From an uncultured virus (IMG/VR IMGVR_UViG_3300025154_000055) (Duplodnaviria > Heunggongvirae > Uroviricota > Caudoviricetes), in IMG/VR virus record IMGVR_UViG_3300025154_000055: 59,053 nt of DNA. The stretch is one strand, 5' to 3'. The notes beneath the pieces were generated by a model, which was not told where the DNA came from, did no database searches, and was given only the letters and a program-made list of their open reading frames with translations. Made by a program: the position numbers and the translations under genes. Below, one piece after another: positions 6,347 to 14,348 of this stretch; position 1 is the first letter of the stretch, and each line of letters starts with the position of its first letter.

Positions 6347-7002
6347 TAGAAACTCTTACCAGCTCTGTACCTTTCTTTTCTCGCCACTCTTCCATTTCCT
6401 CTGTTTTTACCTTTATATGTGTCAGTTTGCGCGTCACAATTTGGGCATATCAATCTAAGGTTACTTAGTCTATTATCGTATGGGTTTCCATCAATGTGAT
6501 CTACTATCAAGGGAATTTCTAAACCATTCCAAACCGATCCGTCGCATATTTCGCAAACATGCTTTCTTGTGGCGAGAATGGTTCTCCTGACGGACGGAGG
6601 TTCTATTTTTTCTCCGCCATTCATTTTTGATATATTTTCCAATATCCTGTTTTCAGATATGCACTTCATAGAACAGAACCTTTTGTAGTACGGGTTTTTT
6701 GTTGGAAGACCACACTGTTCACATATCGTATCTGGTTTTTTGTTTCTCGTCCTTCGTTTGTTATTGTAAGACGCAAAGCACGACGATCCGCAAAACACAT
6801 TTTTACCGAACGCGATCCCGCCACAGTTTTTGCATGGTTTATCGTGACGCTTGTGCCAATTTATATGATTAGTCATCGACACTCTAGCAATTGGCTTTCC
6901 GCACGAATCGCATTTTATCTTATCGGTTTTTCCACAATAAGATAAATGTCCCGCTACACTTCTCTTGGAATTAAATTCCCTGCCGCATTTTGGACAGTTC
7001 AT
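6346..7002 (-). CDS. HNH homing endonuclease with N-terminal zinc fingers
   Basis: multiple CxxC pairs; C-terminal VDHIDGNPYDNRLSNLRLICPNC. Confidence 0.9.
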   Translation of the reverse strand: MNCPKCGREFNSKRSVAGHLSYCGKTDKIKCDSCGKPIARVSMTNHINWHKRHDKPCKNCGGIAFGKNVFCGSSCFASYNNKRRTRNKKPDTICEQCGLPTKNPYYKRFCSMKCISENRILENISKMNGGEKIEPPSVRRTILATRKHVCEICDGSVWNGLEIPLIVDHIDGNPYDNRLSNLRLICPNCDAQTDTYKGKNRGNGRVARKERYRAGKSF

Positions 7003-7026
7003 ATCTCGACTCCAGTTTTGAATATA

Positions 7027-7055
7027 ATTGTACCACTGATTTCGGATATTGACAA
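7027..7055 (-). promoter_or_regulatory. sigma70-type promoter for the HNH gene
   Basis: TTGTCA-17bp-TACAAT with extended -10 TG. Confidence 0.6.
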
Positions 7056-7078
7056 CACTAAGTAGCGGAATCGGGATA

Positions 7079-7152
7079 AGAGACCGGTGGGATTTGAACC
7101 CATCATATCTAACTTGGAAGGATAGCGCCCTACCGGATTGGACGACGGTCTC
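7079..7152 (-). tRNA. tRNA-Gly(TCC)
   Basis: GAGACCG/CGGTCTC, U73; loop CT-TCC-AA. Confidence 0.9.
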
Positions 7153-7156
7153 GTTG

Positions 7157-7228
7157 ATCCAGAGACCCGAATTGAACGGGCGCTATTACTGTACGAAAGT
7201 AACGTCCTGCCGACTAGACGACTCTGGA
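7157..7228 (-). tRNA. tRNA-Thr(CGT)
   Basis: TCCAGAG/CTCTGGA; loop TT-CGT-AC. Confidence 0.87.
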
Positions 7229-7317
7229 ATGTTTTCAATTGTTAAGGAATGGCTGTTTCGCTATGCCAGTACAGCCATCGAAACTTCTGTAGGTCACGAG
7301 ATATAATCAGGCGACAG

Positions 7318-7392
7318 TGCCGACAGCAGAACTCGAATCTGCAAGCCCACGGGTTTAGGCCGTAGAGGTATGCCACTTCCCATCATGTCGGC
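7318..7392 (-). tRNA. tRNA-Leu(TAA), short variable loop
   Basis: GCCGACA/TGTCGGC; loop CC-TAA-AC; 5-nt variable loop. Confidence 0.82.
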
Positions 7393-7400
7393 GTTTCTGA

Positions 7401-7544
7401 ATAACTGTCACCGAGCGGAGAACTATACGGTCGTTCTCACACCCGCTGGTCAGGCGCTTTCTTATTGCTACCCTACATCGCAACCAACGATGATACTCTC
7501 GCAATGTGCTACGGGTTACACGTAGCCCGATCGGTGACAGTTAT
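7401..7544 (-). ncRNA. stem-closed multibranch RNA, unknown
   Basis: perfect 14-bp terminal stem ATAACTGTCACCGA/TCGGTGACAGTTAT plus three internal hairpins. Confidence 0.65.
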
Positions 7545-7554
7545 CCAAAATCAG

Positions 7555-7627
7555 AGCCAACAGGGGCGCTCGAATCCCCAACCTTATCTTTACCAAAGAT
7601 ACGTTCATCCATTTGAACTTTGTCGGC
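7555..7627 (-). tRNA. tRNA-Thr(GGT)
   Basis: GCCGACA/TGTTGGC; loop TT-GGT-AA. Confidence 0.9.
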
Positions 7628-7632
7628 AAAGG

Positions 7633-7704
7633 CGCGGATGATGGGTACTGGCCCCACTACTTATTCCTCGACAGGGAATCGCCTCGCTTTCCGGCTCCAC
7701 CCGC
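7633..7704 (-). tRNA. tRNA-Asp(GTC)
   Basis: GCGGGTG/CATCCGC, G73; loop CT-GTC-GA; T-loop GCCAGTA. Confidence 0.8.
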
Positions 7705-7713
7705 AGATACTAA

Positions 7714-7865
7714 AAACGCTTGTCGTTCCTTGCGGTTCGCCCAAGCGCCAATCCAATCCTTCAAGAGCGAAACCGCTACATCTTGTCCCCTGCGTCATGG
7801 CGCGTGACGAGATTCCCCAATTCGGGGGTATTCGCCAAAAACCAATTCTGATACGATAAGCGTTT
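7714..7865 (-). ncRNA. stem-closed multibranch RNA, unknown
   Basis: 13-bp terminal stem AAACGCTTATCGT/ACGACAAGCGTTT (one mismatch); starts just after the promoter at 7876-7904. Confidence 0.6.
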
Positions 7866-7875
7866 CATGTGAACA

Positions 7876-7904
7876 ATCATAAAGGATATTGCGACCGTTG
7901 TCAA
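7876..7904 (-). promoter_or_regulatory. strong sigma70-type promoter
   Basis: TTGACA-17bp-TATGAT. Confidence 0.75.
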
Positions 7905-7919
7905 TAGTCAATTTCAGTA

Positions 7920-8061
7920 AGATTGCGCGACTCCCGCGTTACCTCAGATTAGCCACATCGGGACGGTATCAGCGAGTGATTCTGAGAACTCCATCCACCG
8001 TTCGTCACGCCAAGTATCCAGTCCGCTTTTCGCAGTGGGAGGACATGCCGCCGCGCAATCT
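7920..8061 (-). ncRNA. stem-closed structured RNA, unknown
   Basis: 10-bp terminal stem AGATTGCGCG/CGCGCAATCT immediately 3' of tmRNA. Confidence 0.55.
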
Positions 8062-8063
8062 AG

Positions 8064-8374
8064 TGGAAATGTGGGGAGTCGAACCCCAGTCTCTCAGATT
8101 CCGGTTACATCATTCTTACGAGCGTGTCAGACTTTGAGAAAGTCTACGAAACAGGGATACCCTGACTTCGGTATCACTCCACCATCCGTCTTACTACTAG
8201 GCGACGGAAGCCTGTACTGCATTGCCGAATAACGCCTCGGCTAACGACGCCTGCGCGAAGGCAGGGTGTGTCAACTTGCTAGAGTTAGCATTTGATATTT
8301 GCGTTCATTAGGATTCAGAACGCCTACCGCTCGTGACGTTTTCCTTCCACTGAAATCGATTCCGGTTCATTCCC
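8064..8374 (-). ncRNA. ssrA: tmRNA
   Basis: acceptor GGGAATG/CATTTCC with G3:U70 and A73; GAC-T-arm; internal tag ORF 8289-8197 ANSSKLTHPAFAQASLAEALFGNAVQASVA followed by three stops. Confidence 0.93.
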
Positions 8375-8449
8375 ATGTACGCCGTTCTACGCTCTCGATT
8401 CGACTATGAACGGAAAACAGCCCCTATGTTTCGCTGGCATTAAGCCTTG

Positions 8450-8523
8450 TACCCCACGGAGAACTCGAATCTCCAACCTGCAAATTAGAAATTTGTCGCT
8501 CTGTCCAGTTGAGCTAGTGAGGC
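8450..8523 (-). tRNA. tRNA-Arg(TCT)
   Basis: GCCTCAC/GTGGGGT; loop TT-TCT-AA; TTCGAGT. Confidence 0.93.
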
Positions 8524-8545
8524 ATTTTACCACTATTTATTCTAA

Positions 8546-8719
8546 TTGACGGGACGGGAATCGAACCCATCTTTCCTGCGTAGTCTGGTACGACTTCGGT
8601 GAGTAGTCTACCCAGATTGCAGACCGAACCCGACACCCTTCTGTTTATCGTTAGCAAGACGACAGTGGGCGTCGCTCCCGACAACCGTTCGGATCAGTAC
8701 CGTACTGATGAACCGTCAA
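8546..8719 (-). ncRNA. 174-nt tRNA-like RNA with a multibranch body
   Basis: TTGACGG/CCGTCAA acceptor-like stem, canonical TTCGATT T-arm, 6-bp D-like stem, ~100 nt of extra hairpins. Confidence 0.6.
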
Positions 8720-8825
8720 CCATTGCGTCTTAGAGTAACGCACGACCGCCGAAGGACTCATTTTTGATTAGGTCTGTTATTCCGGCATTTACGAAACTAA
8801 CCACGCTTCGTGTTCTCTGACTGTC

Positions 8826-8868
8826 ATTATAATCATTCTCGGAAATCTTGCAATGGTACTTCTGTCTC
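8826..8868 (-). promoter_or_regulatory. main promoter of the RNA operon
   Basis: 15-bp box, TTGCAA-16bp-TATAAT. Confidence 0.6.
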
Positions 8869-9334
8869 ACTCGCAATTAACCCCAATTACCGTTAAACCG
8901 CCGACACTGTGCCGATAGTCTACCGACACCCTGTACCCCGCAGCCTTCCAGTGCCTAATGTCCCCCAGACTGCCGACAAACTGGCATCTCGGATACGCCA
9001 TATTGGGATATACCATCACTACGTCCATGACGACTTGCGCCACGTCTTCCCGAAACCTGAATGAGTGCGCACCGATTGCCCATCGCCACTGCGTCAGGTT
9101 CTCGCATCCGAGTCTCCGAACGTCATACATCACTTGGGACGCCAGAAAACGCCATGCAATCTCGTCCATGTCGCCAACTTCGTGCTGAGTAATGCGCCCG
9201 ATAGTGGTGAGGCATTCTGGCGTTGTCCATTTAGGAAAGTCTGGAATGGGGTCTAGTGGTGACGCAGACGCGATTCTCGTTACGCAGAATGTAACGAAAA
9301 TACACGCCAGTAATAAGCGCCTCACAGATACCAC
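8867..9334 (-). CDS. exported hypothetical protein
   Basis: N-terminal signal peptide (RRLLLACIFVTFC..ASA); stop/start overlap with upstream ORF. Confidence 0.65.
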   Translation of the reverse strand: MVSVRRLLLACIFVTFCVTRIASASPLDPIPDFPKWTTPECLTTIGRITQHEVGDMDEIAWRFLASQVMYDVRRLGCENLTQWRWAIGAHSFRFREDVAQVVMDVVMVYPNMAYPRCQFVGSLGDIRHWKAAGYRVSVDYRHSVGGLTVIGVNCE

Positions 9335-9765
9335 GACTGTAGTTCGTTTATCTTAGACTCCGTGTAGTATCGCCTGTCTCGGACAATAACGTTGACGATA
9401 GACGTGTCTTTGGGAAGACTTTTAAGAACGTCTTCTAAGACTGATGTAAGTAAGTATCCCTCCACAATCAACAGGGCGTTACCTGCCAATTCCTCTTTAA
9501 TAAGCGCCAAGACATATTTCTTCCACTGAGACCTCCCCAGTCTGTGAACGCTTAACACTGTCTTATAGTGCTGAGACACCACGCACGCTATATCGGATAG
9601 GTACAGAGACGGATGCCTGTCTCTGATGAAATCCACATAGGCGCTATCGAGATGAACTATTCCGCATATTCTGTTTTCAGACAACCTGTCCGCTAGATAG
9701 GTCTTCCCTTGTCCCGGTTCGCCAGTAATGAGTACGACTTGCGCCATATCACTTATCCTTTTCAT
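9322..9765 (-). CDS. P-loop kinase/NTPase
   Basis: Walker A GEPGQGKT; LIVEG. Confidence 0.8.
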   Translation of the reverse strand: MKRISDMAQVVLITGEPGQGKTYLADRLSENRICGIVHLDSAYVDFIRDRHPSLYLSDIACVVSQHYKTVLSVHRLGRSQWKKYVLALIKEELAGNALLIVEGYLLTSVLEDVLKSLPKDTSIVNVIVRDRRYYTESKINELQSWYL

Positions 9766-9979
9766 CTGGAAATTCTGTCAAGTGCCACTCGTGAAACCAT
9801 TTCAGGAACTCCCGTACCTCTTGCTCGTTGTACTGGTCGCCGTATAGTTTGCTACGCAAGTATTTCAACCGGCAAACGAAACAGGCAATGTCACCTCCCG
9901 GTGTAGGTGTAAATTGCAGTTCCAAGTAATCCCGCCTCTTTGTTCCACACAAATGCCTCTGCTTGACGTTGATTACCAA
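9749..9979 (-). CDS. small hypothetical protein
   Basis: fills gap in the operon; true start uncertain. Confidence 0.4.
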   Translation of the reverse strand: MVINVKQRHLCGTKRRDYLELQFTPTPGGDIACFVCRLKYLRSKLYGDQYNEQEVREFLKWFHEWHLTEFPDEKDK

Positions 9980-11210
9980 CGAACAGATTCTCGGAATGCC
10001 ACGTATCCGTACCGCTCAGAGATGGCAGAATCCTGACGCGAATACCGAACTTCTCCTCAACTTTTGTCTGGTGCTTATCGCCCGTGTGAATCTCTCGGTA
10101 AAGGGTTTGCCCCCAATCTTCGGGCCGCTCTGACGCCATGAGGGACGGGTAGTCCATGCGACGGCCTTTGTCCCCATGCGAGAATAGCAAGAGAACCTTT
10201 CCCCATCGTTCGTACTTCCGCGCAGACGGATCGTTATTGATCGTCACGTCCTTGTACTTATGGAACCAGCACTCCAAAGAGTCGCCCAAGTGCCACGCCG
10301 TCATTCGGTCGTGATTCCCCGGAACAACCAGCACCTTAACCGGAGCGATCTGCCGTAGCGTGTCAATCGCGTTTACCATGACTTCTCGGACAATCTTGAA
10401 CGTCCTGTGGTAGCGCGTGTCGCCGTCTACCTGAGTGCCAGAATAGGTGGTGTTCCCTGAGTTGTCGGTGTGAAACACGTCGTTCCCGACCACAAACAAT
10501 ACCTCGCCAAACTTGTAGGGTTCTACGCGAGACAGAAGAGTGGGGACTGCTTCCTCGAAGATTCGTCGGGCAATAGACACGTCATAGTCCTCGTATCCCG
10601 TCTGCAAGTGCCATCCAACTTTTCCAAAGTGCATATCGGGGAGGCACATTTCCAGCATATTATCAGACATCTTATTGGGGTATTTTATGGGCTTTACGGC
10701 AGGGGATACCAGTTTGGCCGCGATCTTGAGCGCGTCTATTTCTTTTCGCGCGTCCTCAATTTCCCTGCGCTTCTTGAGAGTTGCCCTGATGCTATTCAGA
10801 GGGGTAACGGTATAATCTCCGTCTCCATCTCGCAACCACATCTTCGAGTCGCCAGTCGCTTGCGTACCGTGAACGACCTCGTAGCGACTAATACGAAGTT
10901 CGGTAATCTCCCACAGTCCCATGTCTATCTGATACGCCTTGACTAACTCATCTTGGGTGCTAATAGGAGTTCTATCTAGTGAGATTGACCACGTATCCCC
11001 TTTGACGCTCTGCACATCGCGTGGGCTAGAGTTTGTTTGTGGTTTAACCACATTGGCCCGCATCCGAATACCACGCACCGCCTTGTCGGTAGTTTTGAAT
11101 CCCATTTTGCTCAATTGAGAAACAAGTTCCTTGTCCGTCCTCTCTCCGCCAATCTCAATAACGATTTCTCGTGCCGTTTTGCCGTTTTTTAAGGGGGAAT
11201 CCCAATTCAC
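9891..11210 (-). CDS. calcineurin-like metallophosphoesterase/nuclease
   Basis: DMHFG, GNDVFH, PGNHD, HGD and HTGDKH motifs. Confidence 0.88.
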   Translation of the reverse strand: MNWDSPLKNGKTAREIVIEIGGERTDKELVSQLSKMGFKTTDKAVRGIRMRANVVKPQTNSSPRDVQSVKGDTWSISLDRTPISTQDELVKAYQIDMGLWEITELRISRYEVVHGTQATGDSKMWLRDGDGDYTVTPLNSIRATLKKRREIEDARKEIDALKIAAKLVSPAVKPIKYPNKMSDNMLEMCLPDMHFGKVGWHLQTGYEDYDVSIARRIFEEAVPTLLSRVEPYKFGEVLFVVGNDVFHTDNSGNTTYSGTQVDGDTRYHRTFKIVREVMVNAIDTLRQIAPVKVLVVPGNHDRMTAWHLGDSLECWFHKYKDVTINNDPSARKYERWGKVLLLFSHGDKGRRMDYPSLMASERPEDWGQTLYREIHTGDKHQTKVEEKFGIRVRILPSLSGTDTWHSENLFVGNQRQAEAFVWNKEAGLLGTAIYTYTGR

Positions 11211-11240
11211 AGTAGTCTCCTAGTGCGGTTCATATCTTAA

Positions 11241-11315
11241 ATTATAGCGTTTTTTGAGCATATTGCAACAGTACCATGATACTTAATTGACACACCGTAC
11301 ATTTGCGCGTACAAT
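11241..11315. promoter_or_regulatory. divergent sigma70 promoters
   Basis: minus TTGCAA-16-TATAAT (11268-11241); plus TTGACA-17-TACAAT (11287-11315); GTAC box between them. Confidence 0.7.
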
Positions 11316-11316
11316 A

Positions 11317-11343
11317 ATTATGTCAACTAATCGCGTGAGAGAA
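11317..11343. repeat. 27-bp dispersed motif copy (inverted)
   Basis: reverse complement TTCTCTCACGCGATTAGTTGACATAAT. Confidence 0.8.
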
Positions 11344-11351
11344 AGGAACGC

Positions 11352-12038
11352 ATGAGTAAAAGCACAGAACTGAAGGATTATTGGAGCGACCCGGAACCGG
11401 AAGACCCGAAAACCACTCGGAAAGTAGCCTATGTCGCCAAAGATATAGACGACCGTAGCGGCGAGCAAAAGATTAACGAGAGAATAAAGAGTTACGAGAA
11501 CGACCTTGATGCCTCTAGTCTTACTGAGTCCGACCGGAGCCAGATTAAGAACTTGGCAAGATTAGAGGTCGGCATAGAGGCGTTTACAGAGAAGCTGAGT
11601 AACATTGGGGAATCTGACTCTAAGACCGCCAAATCACTCAGCGACACGCTATCGACCCTCATGGCCCAACACCGTCAGATTGCCTCTGCGCTGGGCATTG
11701 ACCGAAAGTCCCGATCCTCTCGCGGGGAGTCGGAATACGAGGAATACCTGCCACGCCTTCACAAGCAAGCATATAATTTTATGGCAGAGAAATCCATCGT
11801 TATCATGTGTCCCGTTTGTATTAACAACAAGGCACACACGAAGATTAACGAGGGGTTTATCGTTTTTCACTTCAGGGAAGATGTGGATTGGGAATGGCGC
11901 TCGGCGTGTCCGTCGTGCAAGCAGCAATTTGTGATTAACTACGGAAACTGGCAGAACTTCACCAGAGCGGCAATAAATAAGATTGGAAAACTAGATGGCA
12001 AGACCGAAGACGACTCAACCGAAGAATTCGACGCTTGA
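11352..12038 (+). CDS. probable terminase small subunit
   Basis: helical region ending ALGIDRKSR, C-terminal CxxC pairs, overlaps the start of TerL. Confidence 0.6.
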   Translation: MSKSTELKDYWSDPEPEDPKTTRKVAYVAKDIDDRSGEQKINERIKSYENDLDASSLTESDRSQIKNLARLEVGIEAFTEKLSNIGESDSKTAKSLSDTLSTLMAQHRQIASALGIDRKSRSSRGESEYEEYLPRLHKQAYNFMAEKSIVIMCPVCINNKAHTKINEGFIVFHFREDVDWEWRSACPSCKQQFVINYGNWQNFTRAAINKIGKLDGKTEDDSTEEFDA

Positions 12039-13785
12039 TACCACTATAGAAGAAATAGAAGACGTATCCTCGTCCAAAAACCCGATTGGGCGCTCCATGC
12101 TAGAGAAGGACGGCGAGTTCTCTCTTGGAATGATTCTGTGCGACCAGATTCTCTTTTCGCTATTCTACCAACAGCGTGATCTTTCTCTTGGGCTTAGTTT
12201 TGAACAGAAATTAATGTTCGCAGATGAGTCTAAGCGCGTCCTTTTATGTACTTCACGTAGCGTTGCCAAGACAGTCGGTATCGTTGGACGCATTTCCCGC
12301 GATGCCGTGACGTATCTTCCAGACCCAAGATCGAGAGACGACGAAATTCTAACCGTAACTCCGACTTCTGGGCATATGAGCCAATTAGCAGACCGCGTGT
12401 TCTCTAAGTTGAAAGAGAATATCTTGTTCAGTTCTCTTATCAAAACATGGCACAGAAGTTCAGAGTCTCAAAAAATCGCAACAAACAACGGGTTGACCAT
12501 TCATTTCAGAATCGAAGGGTCTATCGATGATCGGAATATGACTGGCCCGCACCCTCATAAAATCTATTGCGACGAGATGGCCTTCGGGAATTTTGCGTGT
12601 CACCGTTCTCGTGCGGGTGGGGCAAAACCAACCTGCCAATGGTTGTATGCGGGAGTTCCGAATGGCGTCCGAGATACACCATTCTATCAATTAGACCAGA
12701 CTCACGACGGAGACTCATGGAGTCGTCATCGGGCGTCAATGATCACCGCGAATCCATTATATACGAGTTCTCCCGGATACGCGAAGGAGATGGAAGACCT
12801 CTTCGGAGGAGTATTCTCGCAAGACTATCATACTCAGGTTCAAGGAGAATGGGGCAGTGAGGCGATTTCGTCCTTTAATGCGGGGACTATCTCGTTCAAC
12901 AAGACAGTGGGACAACCCAATGGGTACAAATACTACATTGCGAGAGCAGCATCAGGAGATGTTGAGAAAGCGATCAACACGAGCAAGTTGTACGAACTTC
13001 TCAGAATCCCTAGCGTCAATCCACTTAGGGCTGTAATTGGGTGGGACTACGGTGAGTCTCCTGACCCCACCACGTTCCTACTTGCCGTCCAATACGCAGA
13101 TAAGACACCGTGGCAGACTTACGCGAGAATATCCCTTTACGGCGTTCCATCTCCTCGCCAATTAGAAGTCCTTCAACACCTTTGGGAAAACACCCTTAAT
13201 CGAAAGTGCGTCATGCTGTCTATGGACAATAAGGTTCAGTATCACTACATGATGGAGGATAAATACAAGGCGCTATTTGAGGGCAAAATTAAGATGACCC
13301 AGTTCAATAGCACGGTCGAGATTGATATGGTCACGGGCAAAATGGTCACGGAAACCAATAAAGACGACCAGATCGTGCTAGAACACCGAAAAGATGGCAA
13401 GATCATTAAGGACTGGCGCAAGTATCTTCTCACCGAACAACTCAAGCGGTACATGCTGAGTCATATATACGGGGATACGGAACACACTAGACTTGAGTTG
13501 GGGTACGACCCTGATATGGAGAACGAACTATTGGGAACCGTAGAGCGCCGAACCATGTCCCACGTGGTTTACGATACGCCGAAAGTAAAGTCGAACAAAA
13601 ACTCACCAAAACCAGATCAAATTGTGGACGCTTTACGCGCATTAACGGATGCAATACTCGTAGTAGATTCTGAAAAACCAGATGAGGTTCCACAAGATAT
13701 TTCGGCCATGCTCGCCAGTTTTGGTTGGACGGGCAGCAACACGTCACTCAGTAAGGGATGGCGTCAACCGTGGCAGAACAGGTAG
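11995..13785 (+). CDS. terL: terminase large subunit
   Basis: Q-motif SFEQ, Walker A TSRSVAKT, Walker B IYCDEMA, GVPNG, nuclease IGWDYG and DQIVDALR. Confidence 0.88.
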   Translation: MARPKTTQPKNSTLDTTIEEIEDVSSSKNPIGRSMLEKDGEFSLGMILCDQILFSLFYQQRDLSLGLSFEQKLMFADESKRVLLCTSRSVAKTVGIVGRISRDAVTYLPDPRSRDDEILTVTPTSGHMSQLADRVFSKLKENILFSSLIKTWHRSSESQKIATNNGLTIHFRIEGSIDDRNMTGPHPHKIYCDEMAFGNFACHRSRAGGAKPTCQWLYAGVPNGVRDTPFYQLDQTHDGDSWSRHRASMITANPLYTSSPGYAKEMEDLFGGVFSQDYHTQVQGEWGSEAISSFNAGTISFNKTVGQPNGYKYYIARAASGDVEKAINTSKLYELLRIPSVNPLRAVIGWDYGESPDPTTFLLAVQYADKTPWQTYARISLYGVPSPRQLEVLQHLWENTLNRKCVMLSMDNKVQYHYMMEDKYKALFEGKIKMTQFNSTVEIDMVTGKMVTETNKDDQIVLEHRKDGKIIKDWRKYLLTEQLKRYMLSHIYGDTEHTRLELGYDPDMENELLGTVERRTMSHVVYDTPKVKSNKNSPKPDQIVDALRALTDAILVVDSEKPDEVPQDISAMLASFGWTGSNTSLSKGWRQPWQNR

Positions 13786-13801
13786 TGCGTGGTATAATAG
13801 C

Positions 13802-13910
13802 ACCCAACGGCCTCGGCGTCAGCCGATTGCCGACTTAGAGTTTTGACTGTCATCAGCCTGAGCGCCCGACCCCGCGCTACTTGGCAATTCGGCTGCACGC
13901 CGTGTTGGGC
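13802..13910 (-). repeat. attC site 5
   Basis: GCCCAAC-ACGGC-GTGCAGCCG...CGGCTGAC-GCCGAGGCC-GTTGGGT. Confidence 0.85.
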
Positions 13911-14052
13911 GGCTGCTTGCAATAAAAGAGGAACAACGGCCCTGACACATCTGACACGGCCCGATGCGTTTTACGAAGCCGCCCGATGCTGCGAACCTGA
14001 AATGCTGAGACTTCCTGTGACCACAATTCTGACAGACCGAATTACCGTGCAT
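13819..14052 (-). CDS. cassette ORF, small Cys/His-rich protein
   Basis: CQNCGH..H..CQMC..C; stop lies inside attC5. Confidence 0.65.
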   Translation of the reverse strand: MHGNSVCQNCGHRKSQHFRFAASGGFVKRIGPCQMCQGRCSSFIASSRPTRRAAELPSSAGSGAQADDSQNSKSAIG

Positions 14053-14061
14053 AGAGTTGCC

Positions 14062-14171
14062 GTCTAACGGCCCCGGCGTCAGCCGCCGCGCACCGTGCTA
14101 GATTTTCGGCTGGTCGATTTGGCGCTCTTGCGCTTGGCTACTGGCGCGGTCGGCTGCACGCCGTGTTGGGC
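14062..14171 (-). repeat. attC site 4
   Basis: GCCCAAC-ACGGC-GTGCAGCCG...CGGCTGAC-GCCGGGGCC-GTTAGAC. Confidence 0.87.
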
Positions 14172-14330
14172 GGCGTCCAATTTCTCAGCGTCGCGCATGG
14201 CACGATCCCAGTCAAACCAGTTAATCCCGCCACGCTTAACGATGTACTGCGCACATTCAAAGCGAGTCGTCTTTCCGCCATTGATAACACGGATAGTCCA
14301 ACCGCCCAACCCTTCATCTGTTTTGATCAT
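14079..14330 (-). CDS. cassette ORF, hypothetical
   Basis: GGAGG RBS, MIKTDEG; reads into attC4. Confidence 0.65.
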   Translation of the reverse strand: MIKTDEGLGGWTIRVINGGKTTRFECAQYIVKRGGINWFDWDRAMRDAEKLDAAQHGVQPTAPVAKRKSAKSTSRKSSTVRGG

Positions 14331-14348
14331 TTGTCCTCCAAGAAAGCC

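Noticed and set aside
1101..8232. Many 60-130 aa ORFs on both strands across the RNA operon
   Set aside because: They overlap tRNA/ncRNA genes, lack RBSs and have no protein motifs; shadow ORFs
11301..11328. Complete dif site at the terminase promoter
   Set aside because: The XerC-like half is weak, sits at 5-bp rather than 6-bp spacing, and is not seen at the other motif copies
13790..13798. TGGTATAAT extended -10 pointing antisense into the cassette array
   Set aside because: No convincing -35 or downstream gene; cannot be told from chance without TSS data
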